Shown here in pieces: positions 20,306 to 29,555 of a stretch of DNA of 64,000 nt. The position numbers were made by a program, and so were the translations under genes. The DNA is from Sulfolobales archaeon (GTDB lineage Archaea; Thermoproteota; Thermoprotei_A; Sulfolobales; NBVN01), in assembly GCA_038841535.1 (NCBI GenBank), contig JAWBTQ010000001.1:32001-96000 (forward strand), given 5' to 3'. Numbering within the stretch: the stretch's first letter is position 1; every line of letters begins with the position of its first letter. The notes beneath the pieces are model-generated. The model searched no databases and was not told where the DNA came from. It was given only the letters and a program-made list of their open reading frames with translations.

Positions 20306-21264
20306 TACTTGGGTATGCCTCTTCTGAGTAAGTCAGCTATAGGTCCGTGAATCCTCATTATAGTCTCCCACTCCTCAGGATCGTAGAATCTTGCTCTACC
20401 CATGGTGAAGTCCTTAGCTACCTCGACCACGAACCTAGTTGCCTGCTCTAGCGCCACGAAGTTCGTGGGTCCGGTCCCTGAACCAGGCAGAGCCATTCGC
20501 GCCGTTATGGCTACGCCTACCACTGGTGCCTTAGTGTATAGCCAGGGCTGCATCATGCTGTTTATGTGGTAAACGGGTGTCGAGTAGGGGAGTATGTCCT
20601 GCATAGTTATCGGGACCACCACCGGTGGCTCACCGGTGACTCTAACGTAGATGTCCGTTAGGTCCGGGCTCACTCTGAGTACCCAGCCTTCCTTGACTGT
20701 GGGAGTTATAGCGAAACCCGTGTGCTTGATTACCCAATTCGCCTTAGTGGCATCGACGGAGAGAACAGCGTCCATATCCTCTCTAACCTCCCTCTTGAGC
20801 AGTGTAAAGATGTCTACTGGAGAGTCCATCATCGGGACCGGCTTATGAGGTCTAGTCGGTGCGTTTGGGCATATATGAGTAGTTATTACTACATCCCCGG
20901 GAACTTCGTCACCGCGAGCCCTCATCTCGGCAAGCTTGTACGCAGTGGCGAGAGCGACTATGGCTCCATCGGCATCTGAGACCATACCTATGTAGGTCGG
21001 TCTAGCACCGATCCCCCCCAGCCTGCCGACAACACCTAAAGTAGGAGACGTACCCCCAGAGCTCTTACCCGCTCTGCCCGGGATAGTTATGGTTACGAAG
21101 TCCGTAGAACCTCTATCTCCGCGCACGGTCTCTACTTCGATCCCTATATCTGTAAAGCCTCTACCGACGAAGAACTTCTTAACTGACTCACCGCTAACCT
21201 TAGGATCGTCTAAAAGGTCTATTAATTCCAGTACGTGTTTTAATGTAGACATGTATATCCACAA
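20305..21264 (-). CDS. DUF1177-family protein
   Basis: GRLGGIGARP, VSDADGA, THICP and HINS..QP. Confidence 0.8.
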   Translation of the reverse strand: MWIYMSTLKHVLELIDLLDDPKVSGESVKKFFVGRGFTDIGIEVETVRGDRGSTDFVTITIPGRAGKSSGGTSPTLGVVGRLGGIGARPTYIGMVSDADGAIVALATAYKLAEMRARGDEVPGDVVITTHICPNAPTRPHKPVPMMDSPVDIFTLLKREVREDMDAVLSVDATKANWVIKHTGFAITPTVKEGWVLRVSPDLTDIYVRVTGEPPVVVPITMQDILPYSTPVYHINSMMQPWLYTKAPVVGVAITARMALPGSGTGPTNFVALEQATRFVVEVAKDFTMGRARFYDPEEWETIMRIHGPIADLLRRGIPK

Positions 21265-21440
21265 CTAGAACTACACCACACTCTTTTTAAGTCTTACCTG
21301 TTAAACCTGTGTTTAATGGAGTAGCTTTAAAATTTGGTGGGAAAACTCTCGTAGAGTACATGCCTACACATTATTTAGAAATGTGAAGCATCCTGCGTGC
21401 TTATATATGTGATTAAACACCTTGGTATGGTGGTATAGTA

Positions 21441-23060
21441 TTGACAACATCATCTGAATACCACCCCAAGTTATATGAGCCCATAGTCTTGGTCATTGGG
21501 CTCATCTTGGCACTATTTGGTGCTATAATCGGTATGGAGCTAATCTGCAGGGTTGGGATCAATCCTAACACGTCCATAATTGGTGCCCTCATAGCTATAG
21601 CGTTTTCGGCCATTCCTGTCCAGATAGCTAGAACAATGCGCAATGTACACAGGGTTAACCTCATGCAGACGGTAATCTCTGGTGCTACCTTTCAAGCCGG
21701 GAACGTGTTCTTGCTGACGATAGCGGTACCGTACCTACTCGGGCTTACTGAAGGAACGTATTTCGCCGGTGTAGTTATAGGTGTCGTAATCGCTGGATTT
21801 ATAGATATACTGCTTTCCTACTGGATCTTCGACTCCCCATTTTATCCAGCAAGAAATCCATGGCCTCCTGGAATAGCAACAGCTGAAGCCATTAAAGCTG
21901 CTCTAGGTAGGGGTAAGAGAGCTCTAATTCTGCTGTACGGCATGATCTTCGGGGGTGCCCTCACTTACCTGGGCTACCCAGGCGATGTAGTAGGTATAAC
22001 GCTCATAACGCAGATAATAGCTATAACGTCCTTCGGTATAGGACTGATACTGAGAGCCTACGGTCCGACACTCGTTGGCATAGACTTCTATAAGATATAC
22101 GCGCCTCAAGGCATTATGGTCGGTGCTGGAATCGCGGCACTAATACAGTTCGTTCTACTCTACACCAGGGTTAGGAGAAAGCATAGTTCTCAGTCGGCTC
22201 AGAGCTCTGAGTCAAGTCTCCCACCGACAGTAGTCGGTGCTAGTGAGGCTCTGAGGAAGTTAGGTTTAGCACTAGGTCTCTTCATAGCCGGTGCTCTAGT
22301 TGCTGGTTTAATAACGGGAATAAACGGGATGATAAGTCCGGGAATGTTCCTCCTGTGGGTAGTCTACTTCGGCTTCCAGGCTTGGTTTACTACTCTAATC
22401 TGCGCGCTCTCAGGGATGTACGCTGGCTGGTTCCCTGCTTTCGCTACCGCACTAGCCGCACTAGTCATAAGCCTCGTCTTCGGATTTCCACCACTTGCCG
22501 CGGGTATAGGTGTAGCCTACGTCGCTGCTACAGGACCTGGAATGGCCGACCTATCCTATGACCTAAAGACCGGGTGGATCCTCAGAGGCGAGGGAAGAGA
22601 CCCTAACTTCGAGAGAATAGGGAGGAAGTGGCAGTTCTACGCCAAAGTGCTCTCTCTAGCAGTCTCCTTAATAATGATCGCAGTGTTCTATAGAGCCTAC
22701 TTCGCGGGTCTCAACCTTTTCCCACCGGCAGCTAAGACCCTAGCTGCTACAGCTAAGGCAGCAGCAGACCCTGAATTAGCGAGGTGGTTACTCATGTGGG
22801 CACCAGCAGGCTTCGTACTACAGATACTCGGAGGGCCAGAGAGGCAGATAGGGATACTGCTGGCTACGGGACTCATGATATCTAACCCGCCCGCAGGCAT
22901 AGCAGTATTAGTTACGGTAGCGGCTAGGCTCGCACTACTGAAGGCCCTAGGAGCAGAGAGGCTTAGAGACATATTCTATGTAGGCGGAGCTGGGGCGGTC
23001 GGAGGCTCCGCAATAGTGTCTTTCATAGTATACACACTAAGGGCCTACTTGAAGATTTAG
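21441..23060 (+). CDS. OPT/YSL-family oligopeptide transporter
   Basis: NTSIIGA, NLMQT..SGAT, WPPGIATAE and DLKTG; many TM segments. Confidence 0.85.
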   Translation: MTTSSEYHPKLYEPIVLVIGLILALFGAIIGMELICRVGINPNTSIIGALIAIAFSAIPVQIARTMRNVHRVNLMQTVISGATFQAGNVFLLTIAVPYLLGLTEGTYFAGVVIGVVIAGFIDILLSYWIFDSPFYPARNPWPPGIATAEAIKAALGRGKRALILLYGMIFGGALTYLGYPGDVVGITLITQIIAITSFGIGLILRAYGPTLVGIDFYKIYAPQGIMVGAGIAALIQFVLLYTRVRRKHSSQSAQSSESSLPPTVVGASEALRKLGLALGLFIAGALVAGLITGINGMISPGMFLLWVVYFGFQAWFTTLICALSGMYAGWFPAFATALAALVISLVFGFPPLAAGIGVAYVAATGPGMADLSYDLKTGWILRGEGRDPNFERIGRKWQFYAKVLSLAVSLIMIAVFYRAYFAGLNLFPPAAKTLAATAKAAADPELARWLLMWAPAGFVLQILGGPERQIGILLATGLMISNPPAGIAVLVTVAARLALLKALGAERLRDIFYVGGAGAVGGSAIVSFIVYTLRAYLKI

Positions 23061-23189
23061 ATATAGCATTAGCCGTATCTCAACCTAAGCTCATTAAAGC
23101 TAAAATGTTTTTCAGTACTCTATTGTTTAGCTAAGTGTTAGTGAGTCGTCTTTCATTATGCTTGGCCCTGGTATTGCCCCACTCTATAT

Positions 23190-23440
23190 AGGGAGTTGAT
23201 GGAGTATCGATGCTTATCCCTCGAGATTCTAGACTCTAATACGTAGACATCGTGAGATTGCCTCAACTCCTAGGGGTGTACTATGGTTGGTACTAACACT
23301 ATGGAAGACGATCTCCGCGAGTATTGAGAGAGAATAAGTTGGAGATTGAAGAAACACTCAATGATTATCGATAAACTCACTGCTGCTGATTCTGCTATTA
23401 GAGTATGCTACAGTGTATCTGCTGGGAGGGGGTGAGTGCA
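23190..23440 (+). pseudogene. Possible decayed Lrp/AsnC-type regulator fragment
   Basis: Broken peptides LEILDSN..EIA..GV..RLKK; weak resemblance only. Confidence 0.2.
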
Positions 23441-23470
23441 CACGACTTTTGATGTTGAGAAGTGCGTAGC

Positions 23471-25054
23471 TTAGTGAAGTGTTTTCCTGAGTACCACTCC
23501 CACTCTTTGCTTGCAGTCGATCGCGCCGTCTTCAACAACTACTCTTCCGTTGATAATTACGTGTTTTATGCCTTTCGGGTACCTATGGGGGTCTACGTAT
23601 GTAGCAGTATCTTCAATAGCGTAGTAGTCAAATATTACTATGTCCGCCTTCAGTCCCGGCCTGATGAGGCCTCTATCCCAAACGCCTAGCTTCCTAGCGG
23701 GTAGTGATGTCATCTTTCTAACAGCTTCGGGGAGTGAAAGCGATCTCCTTTCTCTCACATACCTAGCGATGATCCTAGGGAAGGTCCCGTAGCTTCTCGG
23801 GTGCGGCTTACCGACACCTAACCTCGTTACACTGCCGTCGCTACCTATAGCCACTAGGGGGTGGGATATTACCTCATCTACTTCCTCGGGATTCATAGTG
23901 AACCCGACGATCCTAGTTGCTAGGTTGTCATTGATCAGTAGCCTAACTACGGCCTCTACAGGGTCTATCCCAAGTTCCTGAGCCACTCTCGATACTCGCA
24001 TTCCCTCAAGCTTCTCGTTGCTGGGTGAGCGAGCTATCTGCACGTCTTCCCAGTTTATTTCAGTAGTGAATTCTTTTCTAAGCTTCTCGACTACGTCTGA
24101 GTTCCTAAGCTTCTTCAGAATCTCTTCCCTGCTTCCTGACCTGTACTCGGGTGGGAGCAGAGCGAGAAGCCCCATGGAGTATGCCTCGTAGGGATAGGCA
24201 TCCGCGCTTACATCATACCCTCTACTAGCGTAGTCTGAGATAAGTGATAGAGCTCTGCTGGTTTTACCCCAGCTTGCTCTCCCACTCGCCTTCAAGTGGG
24301 ATATCTGAACTCCGGCCCCGGACTCAAGCCCCACTTCGATGGACTCCAGTACTGAGTCAACAAGTCCTAAACCCTGGTTCCTCATATGCGTTGCGTAAAA
24401 CCCACCGTACCTAGCTACGACTTTAGCAAGCTCCACTACCTCCTTATTATCGGCAAACATGCTTGGCACATACCTGAGACCACTGCTCATACCGAAAGCC
24501 CCAGCCTCCATAGCCTCCCTAACTAAGTCTTTCATAACCACGAGATCCCTATCCGACGGTCTAATGTCTTCGTAGCCTAACACGGCCGCTCTAACAGTTC
24601 CGTTTCCGACTAGAGTAGCTATGTTTATAGATGGCCTAAGATTTTCAAGAGAGCTTAGGTATTCACCGAAGCTGGACCACGTAACAGCTACATCAGGCCG
24701 AACGGACTTCATCATGCTTTCATACTCACGCCTGTTGATATCTGTCAGTGGTGCTGGTGAGCTACCACAGTTACCGACAACTACTGTGGTAACACCCTGG
24801 AGCACGTAGTTATCAGCTGTCGGCAACTCAAAGATCGATATGTCGCTGTGATTATGTATATCTATAAACCCAGGAGCCACAAACAAGCCACTAGCATCAA
24901 TAACCTTCTCAGCACTCAAACCCGAAAGGTCTCCTATAGACCTAATCGAGTCTCCCACTACACCCACATCGGCCTTAAACAGAGGAGAGCCTGAACCATC
25001 GATAACGATCCCGTTCTTTATAATGAGGTCGAACCCTGACACGCTAAGCACCAC
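23471..25054 (-). CDS. N-acyl-D-amino-acid deacylase (D-aminoacylase) family amidohydrolase
   Basis: PGFIDIHNHSD, GNCG, THMR, SHLK, GSDG and PHPRSYGTFPR. Confidence 0.9.
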   Translation of the reverse strand: MVLSVSGFDLIIKNGIVIDGSGSPLFKADVGVVGDSIRSIGDLSGLSAEKVIDASGLFVAPGFIDIHNHSDISIFELPTADNYVLQGVTTVVVGNCGSSPAPLTDINRREYESMMKSVRPDVAVTWSSFGEYLSSLENLRPSINIATLVGNGTVRAAVLGYEDIRPSDRDLVVMKDLVREAMEAGAFGMSSGLRYVPSMFADNKEVVELAKVVARYGGFYATHMRNQGLGLVDSVLESIEVGLESGAGVQISHLKASGRASWGKTSRALSLISDYASRGYDVSADAYPYEAYSMGLLALLPPEYRSGSREEILKKLRNSDVVEKLRKEFTTEINWEDVQIARSPSNEKLEGMRVSRVAQELGIDPVEAVVRLLINDNLATRIVGFTMNPEEVDEVISHPLVAIGSDGSVTRLGVGKPHPRSYGTFPRIIARYVRERRSLSLPEAVRKMTSLPARKLGVWDRGLIRPGLKADIVIFDYYAIEDTATYVDPHRYPKGIKHVIINGRVVVEDGAIDCKQRVGVVLRKTLH

Positions 25055-25110
25055 TACGACAATGCGGGTCTGCTAAAAAGCCCAATGCATAAAGTAAGTC
25101 CTGGTTACTG

Positions 25111-25214
25111 AGGGGTTTAGTTCTTATATCAGTTCGTATGAGTCGGCACATCGCCTCACCCGTTTACCGCCTTTACGAAGATTTCTCACTCCACTAGCCA
25201 CAGGGTTCGGAAAG
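25111..25214 (-). mobile_element. Degenerate omegaRNA/right-end remnant related to copies A and C
   Basis: Minus strand CCGAACCC..GTGAGAAATC..GGCGGTAAACGGG..GATATAAGAACTAAACCCC parallels the A/C tail ending GCTGAACCC. Confidence 0.4.
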
Positions 25215-25237
25215 AGGCTTGTTATATATGTTGTCTA

Positions 25238-26242
25238 GTGGGGATTGCTTGGGTTTGTGTGTTGTTGGAGGACTTAGCTGAGAGCGTCGCATACTACTCT
25301 ATTGTAGTAGTAATTTCCTCTGCTCTTTACTCGTACTTCCTGGCTCGAGCGCGCAGAGTTCTGGAAGAAGATTTTCCCTCAGTTTTCCTCAGGTTTACTC
25401 TCGCGCTAGCCGTGTACATCACTATTCATTCTTCTCTCAGCCTGCTATTGATGTATAGTAACTTCCTCTATGGATGTATGCCCGACGTAGTGCTGTACAC
25501 TGTAGCTATTCTAGCTCTAGCTCTAGTCGCTGGTGTGCTATTGGGGTCTAGAGCTGTATGTAGTGCGCTAAGCGTACTCGGTTCCGGCGTTATGAGGAAG
25601 GTACTTAGAGTCCTTAGTGAAGGTGAGGTAGAGGGCTACAAGTTCTGGCTATGCTCTCGATGCCCTATTGGTGTCTTCACATCCTTCACGGATAACAGGT
25701 TCTACGTACACACTAAACTAGTAGAGGTTCTTAATAGAGAAGAGCTAAAGAGCGCTTTGCTCCGTGAGACTTTTCACAGTGAAGATAGGTTTCTCAGCGT
25801 AATGGACGCTGTGAGTACTCTATCATGGTGCTTAGCAGTACTCCTGTTCGCCCTGCTATCTGCCTGCATTCCAGGACTCCACGCTAGTGCTTACTTAAAT
25901 GCAGCCGCAACAACAATTATAGCCAGTACGGTTGGATGGATACGGGAGCACGCAGCAGACCTCCGATACGCCGAGTCGTCGAGTCCGGAGCACCTGCTCA
26001 GCGCTGCAGCAAAAGTATATAGAGTAACACTAGAAGAAGCTCGAAGAGTGGTGGAGAAAGGTATCGAGAGGGCCGAGGTGATTTACACCATTAACACGCT
26101 CTGCCTCAAAGTATCTATTCGCAGAACTCTTGGAGAGTACTTTGCGAACCTCGTAATACCCAGCCTAGTACTTCACATACGCAGAGACCCACCACCGACG
26201 ATGAGGGCGGTAGCTATATGCGGAGTACGTAAATACCTATAA
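25238..26242 (+). CDS. M48/HtpX-like membrane protein with degenerate zinc motif
   Basis: LNREELKSALLRETFH (HExxH changed to RExxH) and REHAAD; several TM segments. Confidence 0.6.
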   Translation: MGIAWVCVLLEDLAESVAYYSIVVVISSALYSYFLARARRVLEEDFPSVFLRFTLALAVYITIHSSLSLLLMYSNFLYGCMPDVVLYTVAILALALVAGVLLGSRAVCSALSVLGSGVMRKVLRVLSEGEVEGYKFWLCSRCPIGVFTSFTDNRFYVHTKLVEVLNREELKSALLRETFHSEDRFLSVMDAVSTLSWCLAVLLFALLSACIPGLHASAYLNAAATTIIASTVGWIREHAADLRYAESSSPEHLLSAAAKVYRVTLEEARRVVEKGIERAEVIYTINTLCLKVSIRRTLGEYFANLVIPSLVLHIRRDPPPTMRAVAICGVRKYL

Positions 26243-26410
26243 GATGAAACGAGTATTAGAAATAGCTGCTAATTAGGGGCTCGCGCTTGAGAAAATTGAA
26301 AGGCTGTGACGCCAGCTGGTACTTACCTCTGTACTTAAGCTCTCAGCTAATTCCAGAGCACTTACCTGCCGCAGACACTACTAGAGGTTTAGGTCTAGAC
26401 TTCGGTGCCG

Positions 26411-27004
26411 TCATGTCGATATTTCTAGCTTCTTCATTATGTACCTAGATCTAGCTCTAGCAAAACTCTTTACTGACTCGGTGAGGTTATTCCCCAAAGT
26501 ATCTATCGTTACTATTAACGGTCCCAGCTCCTTGACTCTGAGAACCCAGAGCGCTTCAGGTATGCCCAGGTCTAGCCACCCGACACCTACGACTTCCTCA
26601 ACTGCCTCTGCTCCCAGAGCCCCGCAGCCCCCCGGAAAAATAGCGTAGACTGCTTTAAACTTCCTGCACGCCTCAGTTGTTCGGTTTCCCATGCCTCCCT
26701 TACCTATTACCAATCTAACACCCGTTCTCTCTATGAACTCGTACTCGTAGTACTCCATCCTCATGCTCGTAGTAGGCCCTATAGACCTGCAGATCCACTT
26801 ACTCCCCGACTTCACCATGACCGGGCCTGCGTGGAATATAGCTAGACCCCTGAGGTCGAATGGTAGAGGTACTCCATCGACTAAGAACCTAGCGTGAACA
26901 GCGTCTCTAGCTGTCACTAATGTGCCAGTTACGTAGACTACCTCCCCTGCCTTAAGTGATGCAACTTCCTCTTCCGAGATAGGTAAGTAGATTACCCTAC
27001 CCAA
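26411..27004 (-). CDS. Class I fumarate hydratase / L-tartrate dehydratase beta subunit
   Basis: TARDAVH, GPTTSMRME and IGKGGM. Confidence 0.9.
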   Translation of the reverse strand: MGRVIYLPISEEEVASLKAGEVVYVTGTLVTARDAVHARFLVDGVPLPFDLRGLAIFHAGPVMVKSGSKWICRSIGPTTSMRMEYYEYEFIERTGVRLVIGKGGMGNRTTEACRKFKAVYAIFPGGCGALGAEAVEEVVGVGWLDLGIPEALWVLRVKELGPLIVTIDTLGNNLTESVKSFARARSRYIMKKLEIST

Positions 27005-27911
27005 GAGTCACACCTCCGTGGCTCAGTACCCTATGGGTAAGGTCAGAAAATATCCTTAGATGTCCGCGCCTAAGGGCCCAGCACGAAGTGCTTACTCCAA
27101 CAGCAAGTGTTGCTGGATGCCTGCCAGCGTACTCTACGTGAACTGCTAGCACGGTCTTCCTACCACCCAGTCCTTGGGGGCCTATGCCGAGCTCGTTGAG
27201 CAACCTTTCGAGTTCTTCCTCTAGCTCAGCCATTCTGGGGCTAGAGCTTCTAAAACCCACAGGCCTCAGTAGAGCTCTCTTAGATAGTGAGGCAGCCACT
27301 TCAGCTGTAGGGCCTATGCCTACACCAATTACTAGCGGAGGGCATGCGTGAATGCCGTACTCTACAACGGTATCTACTACGTACTCTATTAAGCCCTCAA
27401 GACCTTGCGCTGGGTCGAGTACCCTAGCAGAGCCTGGCCTACTCGAACCACCACCCGCCATATACAGGTACACGTCAGCATAATCTCCGGGAACTAGAGT
27501 AGTCTCAACCCAAGGAATTCTAGGCCCTAGATTGTTGCCAGTATTTCTCCCAGTAGCTGGATCCACCACGTTAGGTCTTAAGAACCCCTCTACAGTAGTT
27601 TCAGTAACAGCCTCCTCGATTACCTTAAGTAGCTCTAGAGGGAAGGGAAACGAATTACCAAGCTCGACAAAGAACTCTAGCACACCAGTATCTTGGCATA
27701 GAGGTATAGACCTAGATATAGCTAGCTCAAGGTTCCTGAAGACTGCTTGGTAGACGAGCTTCGCGTGTTCCCCGACCTCGACATCGGAAGCCCTCCTCAA
27801 GGCCTCTATGACGTCATCCGGGAGCCTCGTAGAGACGGTGAATATGAATTTTTTGAGCGCTTCTTTAAGCCTGCCTTGGACCTCTATACTGGCAGTAGCC
27901 AGCAAGACCAC
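26997..27911 (-). CDS. Class I fumarate hydratase / L-tartrate dehydratase alpha subunit
   Basis: PLCQDTG, ACPP and SCWALR Fe-S ligands. Confidence 0.9.
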   Translation of the reverse strand: MVLLATASIEVQGRLKEALKKFIFTVSTRLPDDVIEALRRASDVEVGEHAKLVYQAVFRNLELAISRSIPLCQDTGVLEFFVELGNSFPFPLELLKVIEEAVTETTVEGFLRPNVVDPATGRNTGNNLGPRIPWVETTLVPGDYADVYLYMAGGGSSRPGSARVLDPAQGLEGLIEYVVDTVVEYGIHACPPLVIGVGIGPTAEVAASLSKRALLRPVGFRSSSPRMAELEEELERLLNELGIGPQGLGGRKTVLAVHVEYAGRHPATLAVGVSTSCWALRRGHLRIFSDLTHRVLSHGGVTLG

Positions 27912-28248
27912 CTAGCATAGCCTTATACTTGAAGAAAAATGCGTTAATCTCTTAAGAAATGGATAGACAAGTTTTAGCGCAAGCTTCTTCAATAAACACT
28001 GAGCTTTGTTGGCGATCAAACAGACTAAGGCATTCACTATGAACTACTCACGCTGTCTTGCGAGCTCTTTGAACCTATCTACGGAATGCGTGGAGAGTGA
28101 TATAGCTGGAAACAATTGGACTAGTCTCTCGAAATTATCGCAGCCTACCTCCATATCGTAGCCCTAGTGAATACAGATATGCCCGTAAAGCCACGAGAGT
28201 GGCAATAACCATACTCGCTAAAAAGGGTTCCCTTCCGCAGCCTTGTTT

Positions 28249-28529
28249 AACTGTTTCGGTTTTCATATCTGCTCATGTCTGTCGATATTGATCGAAACGT
28301 TTATAAGCACCTCATGGTGATATGCGTGGATGTACATAGATGAGGGGTCGAGAGCCACTCGATGATCTAGATGATGGCTCTCCCCGAGATACTCAAGATG
28401 TGGGGTGCTAGGGGTCACCCCGAACGCCCCCGAGCCCGATGAGAACCCGAGCGGAATGCGGGGGAAAGAGGACAAGGCAACGAAGTCAACCGATATAAAC
28501 CAAAATAAACCAAAACGAGAGCTGAACCC
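28249..28529 (+). mobile_element. Non-autonomous TnpB mini-element, copy C
   Basis: Homologous to 5186..5487; promoter GAAACGTTTATAAG at 28294-28307; tail translates RYSRCGVLGVTPNAPEPDENPSGMRG. Confidence 0.75.
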
Positions 28530-28885
28530 AGTCGGTTCGGTTACCTAGAGGGTCTCCTGTTTACGTTCATGCTTACAGCCATTGCTGTAATGATCGCCGC
28601 CGCAATTGAATTGATGCTTGAGAATAGTAAAGATATAGTTGTTCAGGTAGAAAGAGGAAGCGGAGAGGAACGTTACCGCGATCGTTAATGGTTCTCCGGA
28701 TGCTCCAAATAAATTGCTCGAGACTTTAGATAAAGAGAACCTACTTGACTTAGTAGTGTAACTAGTGGGTTAGACTCCACTAGGAAATAGAGCTATCAGA
28801 ACGACTCTAAAAAGTGTGATTAGGTACTACACCACCCCCTACTCTCCACCGCTATGGTAACCGCCCGATGTTTCTACATATATAG

Positions 28886-29062
28886 TTACAGATTTGGGTA
28901 CTCGTACCTAGAGTCGAACTCCTGTAATAACCTCTCTAGAGCGAGTTCGACTACCTCCTCAGAACTAGGTCTTCTGCCCAGCATGCTCTCTAGTATGGCG
29001 GAAGCTCTCTCAAGCATGAACTCTATCCTATTCGTAAACCTCACTTCGACCACTTTATACAC
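28886..29062 (-). CDS. 58-aa ribbon-helix-helix-like protein, missing from the ORF track
   Basis: GTG-start ORF MYKVVEVRFTNRIEFMLERASAILESMLGRRPSSEEVVELALERLLQEFDSRYEYPNL, with TTATATA about 28 nt upstream. Confidence 0.6.
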   Translation of the reverse strand: MYKVVEVRFTNRIEFMLERASAILESMLGRRPSSEEVVELALERLLQEFDSRYEYPNL

Positions 29063-29555
29063 CTCAATATAAATACTTTATAGACTGTTTATATAAGTTA
29101 ATTCTCGAGGCTCTACTATGAGTTTCGTCACTAAACTACTAAGTGCTTCACTAATAGCTTAGTAGAATCTTAATGCTAGCTGCCGAGATAGTTACCGTGC
29201 CATGCTAAGTATGCAGTGAGTTTTATGATAGCTTTATACGAAGATGTGTTTACGTACATGAACGAACTCCAGTTTCCTAGCCCACGATTTGCTCTATCAA
29301 GCCAAATAGTTTCAGTTCAATGTGGCCAGCTGCCCGCAGAGACATGGAGCCATTTGCACTCAACCCGTCGATGCCGGGTATAAACACTACTATCTTGAAA
29401 TCTAGGTGCAGAAAGGTATGCTCAGCAGAAATTCTCTCCCTTTACTTCAAGATTCCTGCTGGCGTTAGTAATACACCCCAGTAAGTTAGGTTGGTTCCTT
29501 CAAGTCTTGGTCTAAGCTTATTTTGGCGCGACCATTTGTTTTAAGGCTGTAGCTG

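Noticed and set aside
28263-28475. 70-aa ORF, and the similar 9707..9949 ORF
   Set aside because: Both are antisense to the mini-elements and are incidental open frames.
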